From positions 32,001 through 96,000 of IMG/VR virus record IMGVR_UViG_3300027971_000028: a stretch of 64,000 nt of DNA; one strand, 5' to 3'. This document shows, one piece after another, positions 47,855-64,000 of the stretch (positions are counted from its first letter, which is position 1; the number at the start of each line of letters is the position of its first letter). The stretch is from a virus. Both the position numbers and the translations under genes were made by a program. A model generated the notes under the pieces. The model ran no database searches. It was not told the origin of the DNA and worked only from the letters and a program-made list of their open reading frames with translations.

Positions 47855-48156
47855 TAGGAAATCTCCACTCCGCTAATTTGGAACTTAACTGTAACTGCTG
47901 ATGCAAGACCGGCAATAATTTTAGTTGTAGCAAGGACCTGCTTAAGGTCAAACAATGCTGTTGTGTTAGCAGCAATGGCTGCATCTTTAAATAGGTCAAC
48001 ACCATCTAGTGTGATGGTGAATGTAGCAGAAGTTGCTGCCGAGTTAGTTACTGCTATATTTGTAACTACCGTAGTTGTGCTTGCTGGAACTGTGTATAGG
48101 GTCGTGCTTGATGTTGCTGCTGCTCCTCGGAACAGAGCCTTTGATACTGTAGCCAT
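47854..48156 (-). CDS. Small beta-rich adaptor protein
   Basis: TTLYTVPASTTTVVTNIAVTN..ISGVEIS; TAATG coupling to the next gene. Confidence 0.8.
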   Translation of the reverse strand: MATVSKALFRGAAATSSTTLYTVPASTTTVVTNIAVTNSAATSATFTITLDGVDLFKDAAIAANTTALFDLKQVLATTKIIAGLASAVTVKFQISGVEIS

Positions 48157-48182
48157 TAGTTACTACTTTCTCTTAGTTGTTG

Positions 48183-48281
48183 TTATTTAGAATCCATGAT
48201 GTCTTCAACCTGAAGGTTGTCAACATCTGTTGTTGTTGCGGCTGTACTAGCCAAGTTTGCTAGGTCTCTTGCTTTAGTCAT
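48183..48281 (-). CDS. 32-aa mini-ORF MTKARDLANLASTAATTTDVDNLQVEDIMDSK (not in ORF track)
   Basis: Overlaps the stop of 48274..48621 and fills the gap before 48156. Confidence 0.65.
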   Translation of the reverse strand: MTKARDLANLASTAATTTDVDNLQVEDIMDSK

Positions 48282-48621
48282 TTGTTATCTCCTTCCAAGA
48301 TAGGTCATCTTCTGACCAGTAATATTCTTTATCCTCTACTGTAGGCATAGGAGTAGGTGCTTGCCATTGGCAAGTAGCCTCATCTAATGTCCAAGAGTTA
48401 AAAGGTTTAGGTGCTATAAAAGCATCTCGTGTAGCATCATAGGTATAACCTTTATTTGCATAATTTTTTTTAATTGAACCATCTTGACTTGTTTCAATCC
48501 AAGTGCCACCAAGATTATTTAATAACCATTGATAACCTTTATCACCGTTGGCATCATTATCATCTCCAACTAATACTCTTAAAACTTTATTGTTTTTATC
48601 AATTTCTGCCCAATAACTCAT
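48274..48621 (-). CDS. Small Trp-rich protein, paralogue 3
   Basis: WAEIDKNNKVLRVLV..LGGTW..KNYA.GYTYDATRDAFIAPKPFNSWTLDEATCQWQAP. Confidence 0.8.
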   Translation of the reverse strand: MSYWAEIDKNNKVLRVLVGDDNDANGDKGYQWLLNNLGGTWIETSQDGSIKKNYANKGYTYDATRDAFIAPKPFNSWTLDEATCQWQAPTPMPTVEDKEYYWSEDDLSWKEITND

Positions 48622-49454
48622 ACTATGTACCTCACAATTACAATTCCACTTCCGCCATTACCTGCGCCATCATTTCCACCCGCACCGCCACCGCCAGTAT
48701 TAACTAAAGCGTTTTTATTAGATGGACGGTAACCACCGCCACCTGCGACTTTTGTATTAGTCAGAGTGCCACCTTGACCAGTTCCACCTGAAGCATAATA
48801 AACAGTTCCAGAAACATTATCACCAGTTGTTGTTGCCAAACCCCAAGCAGAATAAGCAGAAGTACCCGCACCTGCCGCGCTGGTTTGCCAATTCCCACCT
48901 GCACCTGTGGCTCCCCCGCCACCTCCGCCTTCTGAACCTCCACCAACTCCTGTTCCGCCAGCAAATCCATTTCCTGATTGACCACCACTACCAGTATTAA
49001 ATTGACCGCCTTGTCCACCAGTTGTTGTTATTGTTGTAAATCCACTACCAGTCATACTTGATGAAGAACCATCTCCACCATTTCCATCTAATGAGCCGCC
49101 GCCGCCGTTTGCGCCAACTGTTATTGTGTATGTAACGGCTGTAATTGTTCTTGAATCGGTAAGTTTAACTTCACCTGCGCCACCACCCGCACCTGCATAT
49201 GTAGCAGTTTTTCCATACATACCGCCACCGCCACCAGCAATAGTTAAGATTTCACAAACGCCACCAGTTGTAACTACTAAACTGCCATTACTAGTAAAGG
49301 TGTGATATTTATATCCACCACTTGTAACTTCAGCGCCACCACTTGCAACAATTCCACTAGGAATATTACCGCCAAATCCTCCACCAAACCAATAGTTAAT
49401 AGTGTTGGCTCCAACACCCCCAGTTAATCTACTTCTTTGTCCGTATCTTGACAT
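48618..49454 (-). CDS. Glycine-rich domain protein
   Basis: ASGG..YKYHTFTSNG..EILTIAGGG..GAGGGAG. Confidence 0.8.
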   Translation of the reverse strand: MSRYGQRSRLTGGVGANTINYWFGGGFGGNIPSGIVASGGAEVTSGGYKYHTFTSNGSLVVTTGGVCEILTIAGGGGGMYGKTATYAGAGGGAGEVKLTDSRTITAVTYTITVGANGGGGSLDGNGGDGSSSSMTGSGFTTITTTGGQGGQFNTGSGGQSGNGFAGGTGVGGGSEGGGGGGATGAGGNWQTSAAGAGTSAYSAWGLATTTGDNVSGTVYYASGGTGQGGTLTNTKVAGGGGYRPSNKNALVNTGGGGAGGNDGAGNGGSGIVIVRYIV

Positions 49455-49801
49455 TAAGCAATCCTGTTCACATAACCTGTAAGAGTAACTACGTTAGCAG
49501 TTCCAGCAAATGCTTTAACTACTAGTGAGTTTGTTAGTAAGAGTCCAGGAGATACAAGAACTAATCCTGTACCTTCGGCACCAATATTAATTTCAATGTT
49601 GCCATCTGGAGCAGTAGCCTCTCCCCATTCAAGGGTAAGTTTTACCGTGGCTGCTGATGAGTTATGTGCATATAGCCAAATCTCATCAAGGGCTGTTGCG
49701 TGTGCTGTATGAATAGTTGTTCCTGCTGTAGCAGTTTGAACAACCTTGATGGCTTTACCATCTGTAGAACCACTAAGTTTTACTTTTGAAAAAGTTGCCA
49801 T
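49454..49801 (-). CDS. Small adaptor protein
   Basis: 115 aa, translationally coupled; TIHTA..DEIWLYAHN..GYVNRIA. Confidence 0.75.
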   Translation of the reverse strand: MATFSKVKLSGSTDGKAIKVVQTATAGTTIHTAHATALDEIWLYAHNSSAATVKLTLEWGEATAPDGNIEINIGAEGTGLVLVSPGLLLTNSLVVKAFAGTANVVTLTGYVNRIA

Positions 49802-49811
49802 TTTGTTTTCC

Positions 49812-51173
49812 TTATCCGAATATTTGTGCGGCTAGTATTGGTTGGTCATTGTCTGCTGATGGTACTGTCACTGCTGCCCACTCAAGGCCACCTGTGGCCG
49901 CTGAGTTAGCTTTTAGATAGTAATCATTAGTTCCTACTGCAAGTCTACCAATTGTGTCAGCGGCAGTACCTACAAGTAAGTCACCTTTTGCATCAATTGT
50001 AGTTGAAAGAACTGCGTTTGCTACGTTATAGGCACCAATTGCAAGTATCTCAACAATGTCATTAACAGCAAGAGCGGAAAGGCTAGCAATTGAGGTGCCA
50101 TTACTTGCGGTGTAATCTGTTCCTCTTACAAGTAAAACACCGTTAAGAAATACTTGCTCATAGCCTGCCGTGTATGCAAGTGTTACTGAGTTTGCATCTG
50201 CTCCAGAAACTCCAGTTTCACCACCTGCGGCTACAAAACGATATCTAGTTAAAGTTGCAGTACCAGTAGGTCCTGTAGGTCCAGTACCTCCAGTGCTTCC
50301 TGTAACACCAGTTGGCCCTGTAGGACCTGTATTTCCAGTAGGTCCATCATTAGCACTCGCTGCCTCTACCCAATAACCATCATAATAAATATAAACATTT
50401 CCTGAAGATGCGTCATACCATGCGTCCCCCGCCTCAGGTGCGGCAGGTGGAGTTGTTGCAACTGTTGAGAATTGACCATCATCTCCAGTTATACCTGTTG
50501 CACCCGTATTTCCAGTTGCACCAGTTAAACCAGTTGCTCCCGTTAATCCTGTTGCACCAGTATTACCTTGCGCTCCTGTATTACCAGTTACACCAGTATT
50601 TCCAACTGCTCCAGTTGCACCCGTATTACCAGTCGGACCATCATTTGCTGAGGCTGCCTCTACCCAATAGCCATCATAATAAACATATAAATTTCCACTT
50701 GCAGAGTCATACCATGCATCCCCAACTTCGGGGGATGCTGGTGGAGTTGTTGCGGCTACGCTAAATTGACCGTCATCTCCAGTTACACCAGTCTGTCCAG
50801 TTACACCTGTTGGACCTGTAGGTCCTGTACTACCTTTACCTGAAAGTAAATCCCACCTTGCAGAGGAACCAGGAATGTGTGAAGCAATATCACCACTTGC
50901 AATAAATGTGTTACAAAAATATGTACTGCCGTTGTATTGAACTACATCACGGACATTATATTCAACAAAATCAAAGGCTGCTCGCCAATTTATACCTGTT
51001 ATACCAGTAGGCCCAGTACTTCCAGTTACACCCGTAGGTCCAGTCTGACCAGTAGCACCCGTTGGGGCTAAATCACGGACTACTTTCCATGCGGTACCGT
51101 TCCAACGCCAAGTAGTATTACCAGAGGTAAATGTACTATTTACGCTAGGACTATTAGGAAAATCTATAGGCAT
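49812..51173 (-). CDS. Collagen-like (Gly-X-Thr) fibre protein
   Basis: IDFPNSP N-domain, GXT runs, two GDAWYD...YYDGYWVE nodes, C-terminal [11 protein letters not shown]. Confidence 0.85.
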   Translation of the reverse strand: MPIDFPNSPSVNSTFTSGNTTWRWNGTAWKVVRDLAPTGATGQTGPTGVTGSTGPTGITGINWRAAFDFVEYNVRDVVQYNGSTYFCNTFIASGDIASHIPGSSARWDLLSGKGSTGPTGPTGVTGQTGVTGDDGQFSVAATTPPASPEVGDAWYDSASGNLYVYYDGYWVEAASANDGPTGNTGATGAVGNTGVTGNTGAQGNTGATGLTGATGLTGATGNTGATGITGDDGQFSTVATTPPAAPEAGDAWYDASSGNVYIYYDGYWVEAASANDGPTGNTGPTGPTGVTGSTGGTGPTGPTGTATLTRYRFVAAGGETGVSGADANSVTLAYTAGYEQVFLNGVLLVRGTDYTASNGTSIASLSALAVNDIVEILAIGAYNVANAVLSTTIDAKGDLLVGTAADTIGRLAVGTNDYYLKANSAATGGLEWAAVTVPSADNDQPILAAQIFG

Positions 51174-51235
51174 ATGACTCTCTTACTTCAGCAAAAGGAT
51201 AGGACTACTATACTATAAATTTGAACTTTCTATAT

Positions 51236-51276
51236 AAAAGAAACTGCCCACCTTTTATAAAAAGATGGGCAATTTC
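51236..51276 (-). terminator. Intrinsic terminator between two collagen genes
   Basis: Minus strand TGCCCATCTTTT-TAT-AAAAGGTGGGCA then GTTTCTTTT. Confidence 0.7.
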
Positions 51277-51291
51277 TACCTAATATTTAGG

Positions 51292-53439
<2,148 letters not shown>

Positions 53440-53525
53440 TCATTTCACTCGAGTGGGATGATTCCCAAGACCAATTTTACCCTAGATAAAAAAAGGTGAT
53501 TAAAATATTTTTTTAAAAATTATTC

Positions 53526-54452
53526 TCATACTGCAGACTTTAGATATCTAACTACAACTATCCCCGAGCCACCATTTCCACCTGTTGAGTCATAACTTTG
53601 ACCATCAGAACTACGAACACCGCCTCCTCCTCCGCCACCACCTGAACCTGTATTTGTAGTTGCACTACATTGATAAAAATTTAACGCATCTCCAGCAGAT
53701 GTAAAATAGTTTCCGTTTCCTCCTCCTCCTGAACCTCTTGATGCAGAGTTTGAGCTATTTACGCTTCCTCCTCCTCCGCCACCAGCAATATATCCAGAAG
53801 ATGTTGCTTGTTGCCAAGTTAAATTAAAAAATCCTCCTATTCCACTCATTACCGAACTAATAGCAGATAACCATGTTGAATATGCAGAAGTTCCACTTCC
53901 ACCTGCGCCACCATTATTGCCACTTGCTGCACTACCAACTGCACCTGCTCCGCCGCCGCCACCATTACCCTGTGATGCGTAAGCTCCACCTGCATAACCT
54001 TCTACTGGAGAGTATGAACCAGAGTTACCAGAACCTGCTGCTTGGTTTGCTCCATACCAACCTCTACCACCACCACCAGAGCCACCGTTACCACCAGCGC
54101 TAGCATACTCTGCGCCACGGCCGCCACCTGATGTATTTAAAGAATTAAATGAAGATGGGCTTCCAGAACTGTAGCCACCTCCTGCGCCAATAGTTGCATT
54201 ATATGATCCTGCTGAAAGAGTTGCAGTACTAGAACGAACTCCACCAGCACCGCCGCCGCCACCACCACTTCCACCACCTCCGCCGCCAGCAATAACTAAA
54301 TATTCAACAGATATACTTGATCCAGTTATTGTTAAATCACTTGTACTAGTAAATACTCGGTAATAATAAGTCGAATCAGATGAAAGTGTCCCCCCACTTA
54401 CAAATGTTCTTTTTGATATTTCAGAGGAAAATACTCCTACAAGATGACGCAA
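53526..54452 (-). CDS. Glycine-rich domain protein
   Basis: VSGG..YRVFTS..VEYLVIAGGGGG; starts immediately after the collagen gene stop. Confidence 0.8.
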   Translation of the reverse strand: MRHLVGVFSSEISKRTFVSGGTLSSDSTYYYRVFTSTSDLTITGSSISVEYLVIAGGGGGGSGGGGGGAGGVRSSTATLSAGSYNATIGAGGGYSSGSPSSFNSLNTSGGGRGAEYASAGGNGGSGGGGRGWYGANQAAGSGNSGSYSPVEGYAGGAYASQGNGGGGGAGAVGSAASGNNGGAGGSGTSAYSTWLSAISSVMSGIGGFFNLTWQQATSSGYIAGGGGGGSVNSSNSASRGSGGGGNGNYFTSAGDALNFYQCSATTNTGSGGGGGGGGVRSSDGQSYDSTGGNGGSGIVVVRYLKSAV

Positions 54453-57917
<3,465 letters not shown>

Positions 57918-57928
57918 TTAGCCCCTCC

Positions 57929-60199
<2,271 letters not shown>

Positions 60200-60325
60200 C
60201 TCGAACACGTCTGAACGAGGTAGAACTAGATAGGTCTTTCTATATTCTACAAGATTTTTAACACTCTTACTTTTTTATTTTATTAAAAAGTGCTTATAAA
60301 GTTGTCTTTATTATAGAGCATTTTT

Positions 60326-61528
60326 CTACCTGCTAGCTGGGATAATGCTTATATCTCTACGAGGGTCATAGCCTTCTCCAATTACCATTGTTAAAACTCC
60401 AGCAGGAGACTCAAGCCCTGTTCTATCTCTAAACCAGGCAGAGCCAGGATCTAGAGTCGGACATTGCGCCCAAAATCTAGGACCTATATCCATGCTTTTA
60501 AAATGGTGATAATGACCAGATAACCAAACATCGCAATTTCCAAGAGCGGTCTGTCCTGCTGCTTGACCTGAAAGATATTTAATTGGATCTCTAGATTGAT
60601 GACCATGAAATAAACCAAGCATAGTTCCATTTATATTTATTGCTAAAGTTTGATGATCACTTTCTGGATATCTAAACTCAACGTGGGCTAAGTTTTCATT
60701 CTCTGCGCAAGCGTCCTGCACAGCGCTAGCAATCTCGGTGTTCCAACCATCTGCTGGATTAGCAACTACTTGCCTAGTTACCTCATCATGGTTTCCATTA
60801 ACTACTGGCACAACTACTCGATCTGATATCTCAGCAAATGCTTTTATTTGAGACATTAATAGTCTACGAGCAACTCTTGTCTGCTCCGTTAGTCCTAGAT
60901 CTGAAGCAGCCTGACTTTGTAATTTTCCGTGCTGGGAAACATTTCCCTCTACATGATCTCCTAACAATGCAATAACTGTTGTTCCTAGGCTTCTACCTAT
61001 CTTACGCAACTCTTTTAATCTATGAATCCCGCCCTCGGTGGTTTGATGAATTCTTGCTACAGACTCTAAAGTCCCGCCGCCACTACCTTTTTTACCAATT
61101 TGTTGATCACTGGGAGCAAATACAAAAGCAAACTCTCCTGTTGCTTTTATTTCTCTAGCAGCAGGTCTCCATTTTTTTATGTCTTCTATAAGTTTTTCTA
61201 AATCTAAATCATTTTCTTTTCTTATCATCTCTGCTGCAACTACATTTATTCTTGCCGACTCTAACCACTCGCCATCGTATCTTTGCCATCTAGATCTACG
61301 AACTGATCTAACAATCCAGTCTTTGGGATCTAAATTAAACTCTTTTAAAATCTCTATCGCATCTGGCAGGTTTCCTTCTGATCTAGGGATAGAAACTAAG
61401 TACCCGCCAGCCTCATCTATCTCCATGCGAGGGCGCCATGCTTCTGGCGTGTTATTTTTTCTTATATCCGAGCCTGATTCTCCAGGGGATATAAGTGCGG
61501 CTAGCTTTTCAGCTATCGACTCACTCAT
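60326..61528 (-). CDS. Calcineurin-like metallophosphoesterase
   Basis: SDQQIG, LGDHVEG, GNHDE, HGH and GHYH motifs. Confidence 0.85.
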   Translation of the reverse strand: MSESIAEKLAALISPGESGSDIRKNNTPEAWRPRMEIDEAGGYLVSIPRSEGNLPDAIEILKEFNLDPKDWIVRSVRRSRWQRYDGEWLESARINVVAAEMIRKENDLDLEKLIEDIKKWRPAAREIKATGEFAFVFAPSDQQIGKKGSGGGTLESVARIHQTTEGGIHRLKELRKIGRSLGTTVIALLGDHVEGNVSQHGKLQSQAASDLGLTEQTRVARRLLMSQIKAFAEISDRVVVPVVNGNHDEVTRQVVANPADGWNTEIASAVQDACAENENLAHVEFRYPESDHQTLAININGTMLGLFHGHQSRDPIKYLSGQAAGQTALGNCDVWLSGHYHHFKSMDIGPRFWAQCPTLDPGSAWFRDRTGLESPAGVLTMVIGEGYDPRRDISIIPASR

Positions 61529-61826
61529 TAATTTTTTCTAACTTACTGTTTAAATGTTTTTTTAATTGATTAGTCTTTCCTATATAGCATCTACAGGCTC
61601 TTGCTCTGTGAAGTCTTACTGAAGCAAATGCAATATTATGACCTTCACTAGATATAATTTCATGAATCTTTAGATTAGATACAGATCCGTTGCCAGCTTT
61701 AGTAGAAAAAATTATTTCTAAAGCCTCTCGATCTTCATCACTTACCGTGGCTAGTAATCTAGAGACTCCGCAAGGAAGACCTGTTTCGGATTTAGTTGCT
61801 GTTTTTAACTTCTCAGATAGGCTCAC
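61521..61826 (-). CDS. Small hypothetical protein coupled to the phosphoesterase
   Basis: 101 aa, overlaps the phosphoesterase start; C...H...CRC. Confidence 0.7.
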   Translation of the reverse strand: MSLSEKLKTATKSETGLPCGVSRLLATVSDEDREALEIIFSTKAGNGSVSNLKIHEIISSEGHNIAFASVRLHRARACRCYIGKTNQLKKHLNSKLEKINE

Positions 61827-61987
61827 TATAAAGTACCCTTCTCATTCGTATGTAAGTGTTTAGATAACTAAACACTGCTTTCATACGGGTACTTTAACGG
61901 TAAATATTACTTTTTAGTAGCACCTAAGCAAACTTTTTTCCAGCGTGTCCTTTTAGACTTTTTTTACCTTTTTGTCTAATTTTGCCT

Positions 61988-62326
61988 TTAGGCTAGGTTG
62001 TTCTTTTTTGCCTCTACAGATGCTTGCTGAGTTGTATCTATCATTCCAAGAACAAGTTCTTTAATAATTTGAACCTCTGTCATCATTTGATTATTAGTTT
62101 TATCTATCGAGTTAACTCTGTCAGCCATAGACTGACCCCCGTTTGGCCAAAGTTGATACTCGACCTTATCCATTCTATCTGATAGAGTTCTACCTTCCCC
62201 ATCTACCCCAATTGCTGCGTCTATCCTTTTTGCTATTTTATAAACTGAATATAGAAAAATACAAAGCGCTGAGATTGCTCCTGTTATACCTACTATTTCA
62301 TACCAAACTTGAGTACCGTTGAACAT
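61988..62326 (-). CDS. Single-pass membrane protein with coiled coil (holin or lysis-accessory-like)
   Basis: N-terminal hydrophobic helix (IVGITGAISALCIFLYSVY) followed by a coiled coil. Confidence 0.6.
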   Translation of the reverse strand: MFNGTQVWYEIVGITGAISALCIFLYSVYKIAKRIDAAIGVDGEGRTLSDRMDKVEYQLWPNGGQSMADRVNSIDKTNNQMMTEVQIIKELVLGMIDTTQQASVEAKKNNLA

Positions 62327-62533
62327 ATGAAGGGAGCACCTATCTGACTAATGTCATAGTGACTTTTGACTAATGGTCTAATTTTGACATATATTTAAAG
62401 ATCTTATTTTTTATATTGGCGAGTCTCTTCCCTTTTCGCCACAAAAACTCTATAGTTTCAATATTGCGTAAATGGTTCATATTTATCAAAACTTGCTCTA
62501 TAGTTCGTCAACGATTTACATAAAGAAGGAGCG

Positions 62534-62764
62534 GTGGCTTTGATACAAGGACAAAAAAGACTAAGCATAAGAGCCGTTGCCCTGCGATACGGAATACCCT
62601 CTAGAGTTGTTGCCAGAGCTGTATGGCTTGGTGAATTAAATGCAATTAAAACAACTACTGAAACTGGTAGAGAAAGAGTTTATATTCTTATTGAAGATGC
62701 GGATAAGTGGTTTTCTTTATTACCAGTTGTTTTAGAAACTGCTTATGTAAGTAGGTCAAAATGA
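62534..62764 (+). CDS. Helix-turn-helix (excisionase/MerR-like) DNA-binding protein
   Basis: LSIRAVALRYGIPSRVVARAVWLGELNA; SD AAGGAG. Confidence 0.75.
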   Translation: MALIQGQKRLSIRAVALRYGIPSRVVARAVWLGELNAIKTTTETGRERVYILIEDADKWFSLLPVVLETAYVSRSK

Positions 62765-64000
62765 GTACATGGGAGTACGCAAACGGCAGACTTGCACCAG
62801 GTGCAAAATGGTATGCAGAACAAGGTTGGAAAATTCTTCCATGTTATGGAATAGCCAATGGAAGATGTAGTTGTAACTCTTCACACGCAGAGCCAAAAGA
62901 CACTGGTAAACACCCAGCAATAGCCCAGTGGAACGCATCTGCTACATCTGATGTAGATAAAATTTCTGAGTGGTGGTCTTCTGAACCTGATTACAACATT
63001 GGAGTCTTCTGCCGTCCTAGTGGATTTTTAGTAATTGATATTGATCCTCGCTCTGGTGGCCCAGAATCATTTGAAAAATTTGAAGCCTTACTTGAAGGCG
63101 CACTTCCATCAACTGTTGAAGCAATAACTGGTGAGTACACAATCGGTAATGGAAAAGCCATGCGTGGTCGTCACTTATTTTATAAGTGCAGTGAGTCAGA
63201 AGAGTTAGTTGGAAATCTAAATAAACAAGGCTTAAAAGGCGTGGATATCAAACATAATGGTTATGTTCTTATTGCACCTTCTAGACACTTCTCAGGTCAC
63301 TGCTATGAATGGGTAAAAGGTAAAGGTCCTCATGAAATGGAGATGGCTGAGGCTCCAGAAGAGTTACTTAATGTTTTAAGAAAAAGATCAAGGAAATCTA
63401 GTGGAACCAGTGTTGGTCTTGGAGACTGGTCTGCAATGGTTGGAGATATAGGAAACTATGATCCAACAATTGATGTTAATAAAATTCTTAAAGAAGGTAT
63501 TGATGAAGGTAGTCGTGCTATTGATCTTTATGCACTTGCTTGCTCTCTTGCAAATAAATTTCCAGTAGATACTGAAGCAGGTCGTCTTGCTGTTGAATCT
63601 TTAATGATTCGTTTTAATGCCGAACAAGTTAGACCCCCTCTACCACTTGAAGGAACTAATAGCGTAATGATGCACACTAGACGTGCAATTGATTTTGTTT
63701 TAAAAAATCCTAAACTAGATAGGCTTTTACCTCCTGGTCACAAAGAATGGGCAGAAGGTTCTCAAAAAGAAACTAGAGCATCTTTAGGAGGAACTTCTTT
63801 AGAAAAAATAAAACCAATTTTAGGAGTTGTTCATCCGCCTGCTAATAGTGATAGAAATAATGCAATAATTTCTTCTATTGAAGATGGTTATGGAAATGAT
63901 CAAGTTTTATCTGCTAAAAATTTAGATATACCTCTTGATGTAGATGCTATTTCTATTGAAGATGGTGGGCAAGAAGATAAGCGAAGTTTTACAGATATTG
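62761..64000 (+). CDS. Bifunctional DNA primase/polymerase (Prim-Pol), truncated by the window end
   Basis: Open from ATG 62761: WYAEQGWKILP..CSC..KHP..NIGV..LVIDIDPRSGG..GRHLFY; absent from the ORF track, presumably because it has no stop in the window. Confidence 0.9.
   Translation, partial: MSTWEYANGRLAPGAKWYAEQGWKILPCYGIANGRCSCNSSHAEPKDTGKHPAIAQWNASATSDVDKISEWWSSEPDYNIGVFCRPSGFLVIDIDPRSGGPESFEKFEALLEGALPSTVEAITGEYTIGNGKAMRGRHLFYKCSESEELVGNLNKQGLKGVDIKHNGYVLIAPSRHFSGHCYEWVKGKGPHEMEMAEAPEELLNVLRKRSRKSSGTSVGLGDWSAMVGDIGNYDPTIDVNKILKEGIDEGSRAIDLYALACSLANKFPVDTEAGRLAVESLMIRFNAEQVRPPLPLEGTNSVMMHTRRAIDFVLKNPKLDRLLPPGHKEWAEGSQKETRASLGGTSLEKIKPILGVVHPPANSDRNNAIISSIEDGYGNDQVLSAKNLDIPLDVDAISIEDGGQEDKRSFTDI

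Noticed and set aside
46001-48282. 24-nt direct repeat as CRISPR repeat or att site
   Set aside because: Only two copies 2.26 kb apart, both coding; no integrase in the window
62756-62938. 60-aa minus-strand ORF
   Set aside because: Antisense to the Prim-Pol gene, which is the real coding frame

Overview
This window is a 64-kb segment of a large, AT-rich, tailed dsDNA bacteriophage with siphovirus-type tail genes. Two WhiB genes point to an actinobacterial host, and the low GC suggests a freshwater acI/Nanopelagicales-like host (inference). Layout: (i) 29-25683 (+) is the head and tail module: a 1730-aa prohead protease-containing polyprotein, a major capsid protein with fused acidic scaffold, tail tube, adaptor/neck genes, tail assembly chaperones, tape measure, Dit, hub and an FN3 receptor-binding protein. 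(ii) 25683-36276 (+) covers replication, recombination and regulation: PolA, RuvC-like resolvase, SNF2 helicase, Cas4-like nuclease, Sak4-like ATPase, DUF669 SSB, a possible DNA glycosyltransferase, DUF6378-like and two WhiB genes. (iii) 36345-41139 holds a secreted protein and a convergent four-gene sugar locus (three glycosyltransferases and an NDP-sugar epimerase). (iv) 41408-60178 (-) is a second, ~19-kb structural island of Gly-X-Thr collagen-like fibres, glycine-rich head proteins, adaptors and small paralogues arranged in repeated cassettes. (v) 60326-64000 holds a metallophosphoesterase, a membrane protein, an HTH protein and a truncated Prim-Pol. The best candidate for an undescribed system is a modular, probably branched, collagen-fibre appendage encoded next to its own glycosylation enzymes. 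One enzyme resembles the N-terminal domain of animal procollagen galactosyltransferase, and another has the GT2-TPR layout of spore-collagen glycosyltransferases. No terminase, portal, endolysin, integrase, tRNA or CRISPR array was recognised. All family assignments come from motif recognition by eye; no database search was run.
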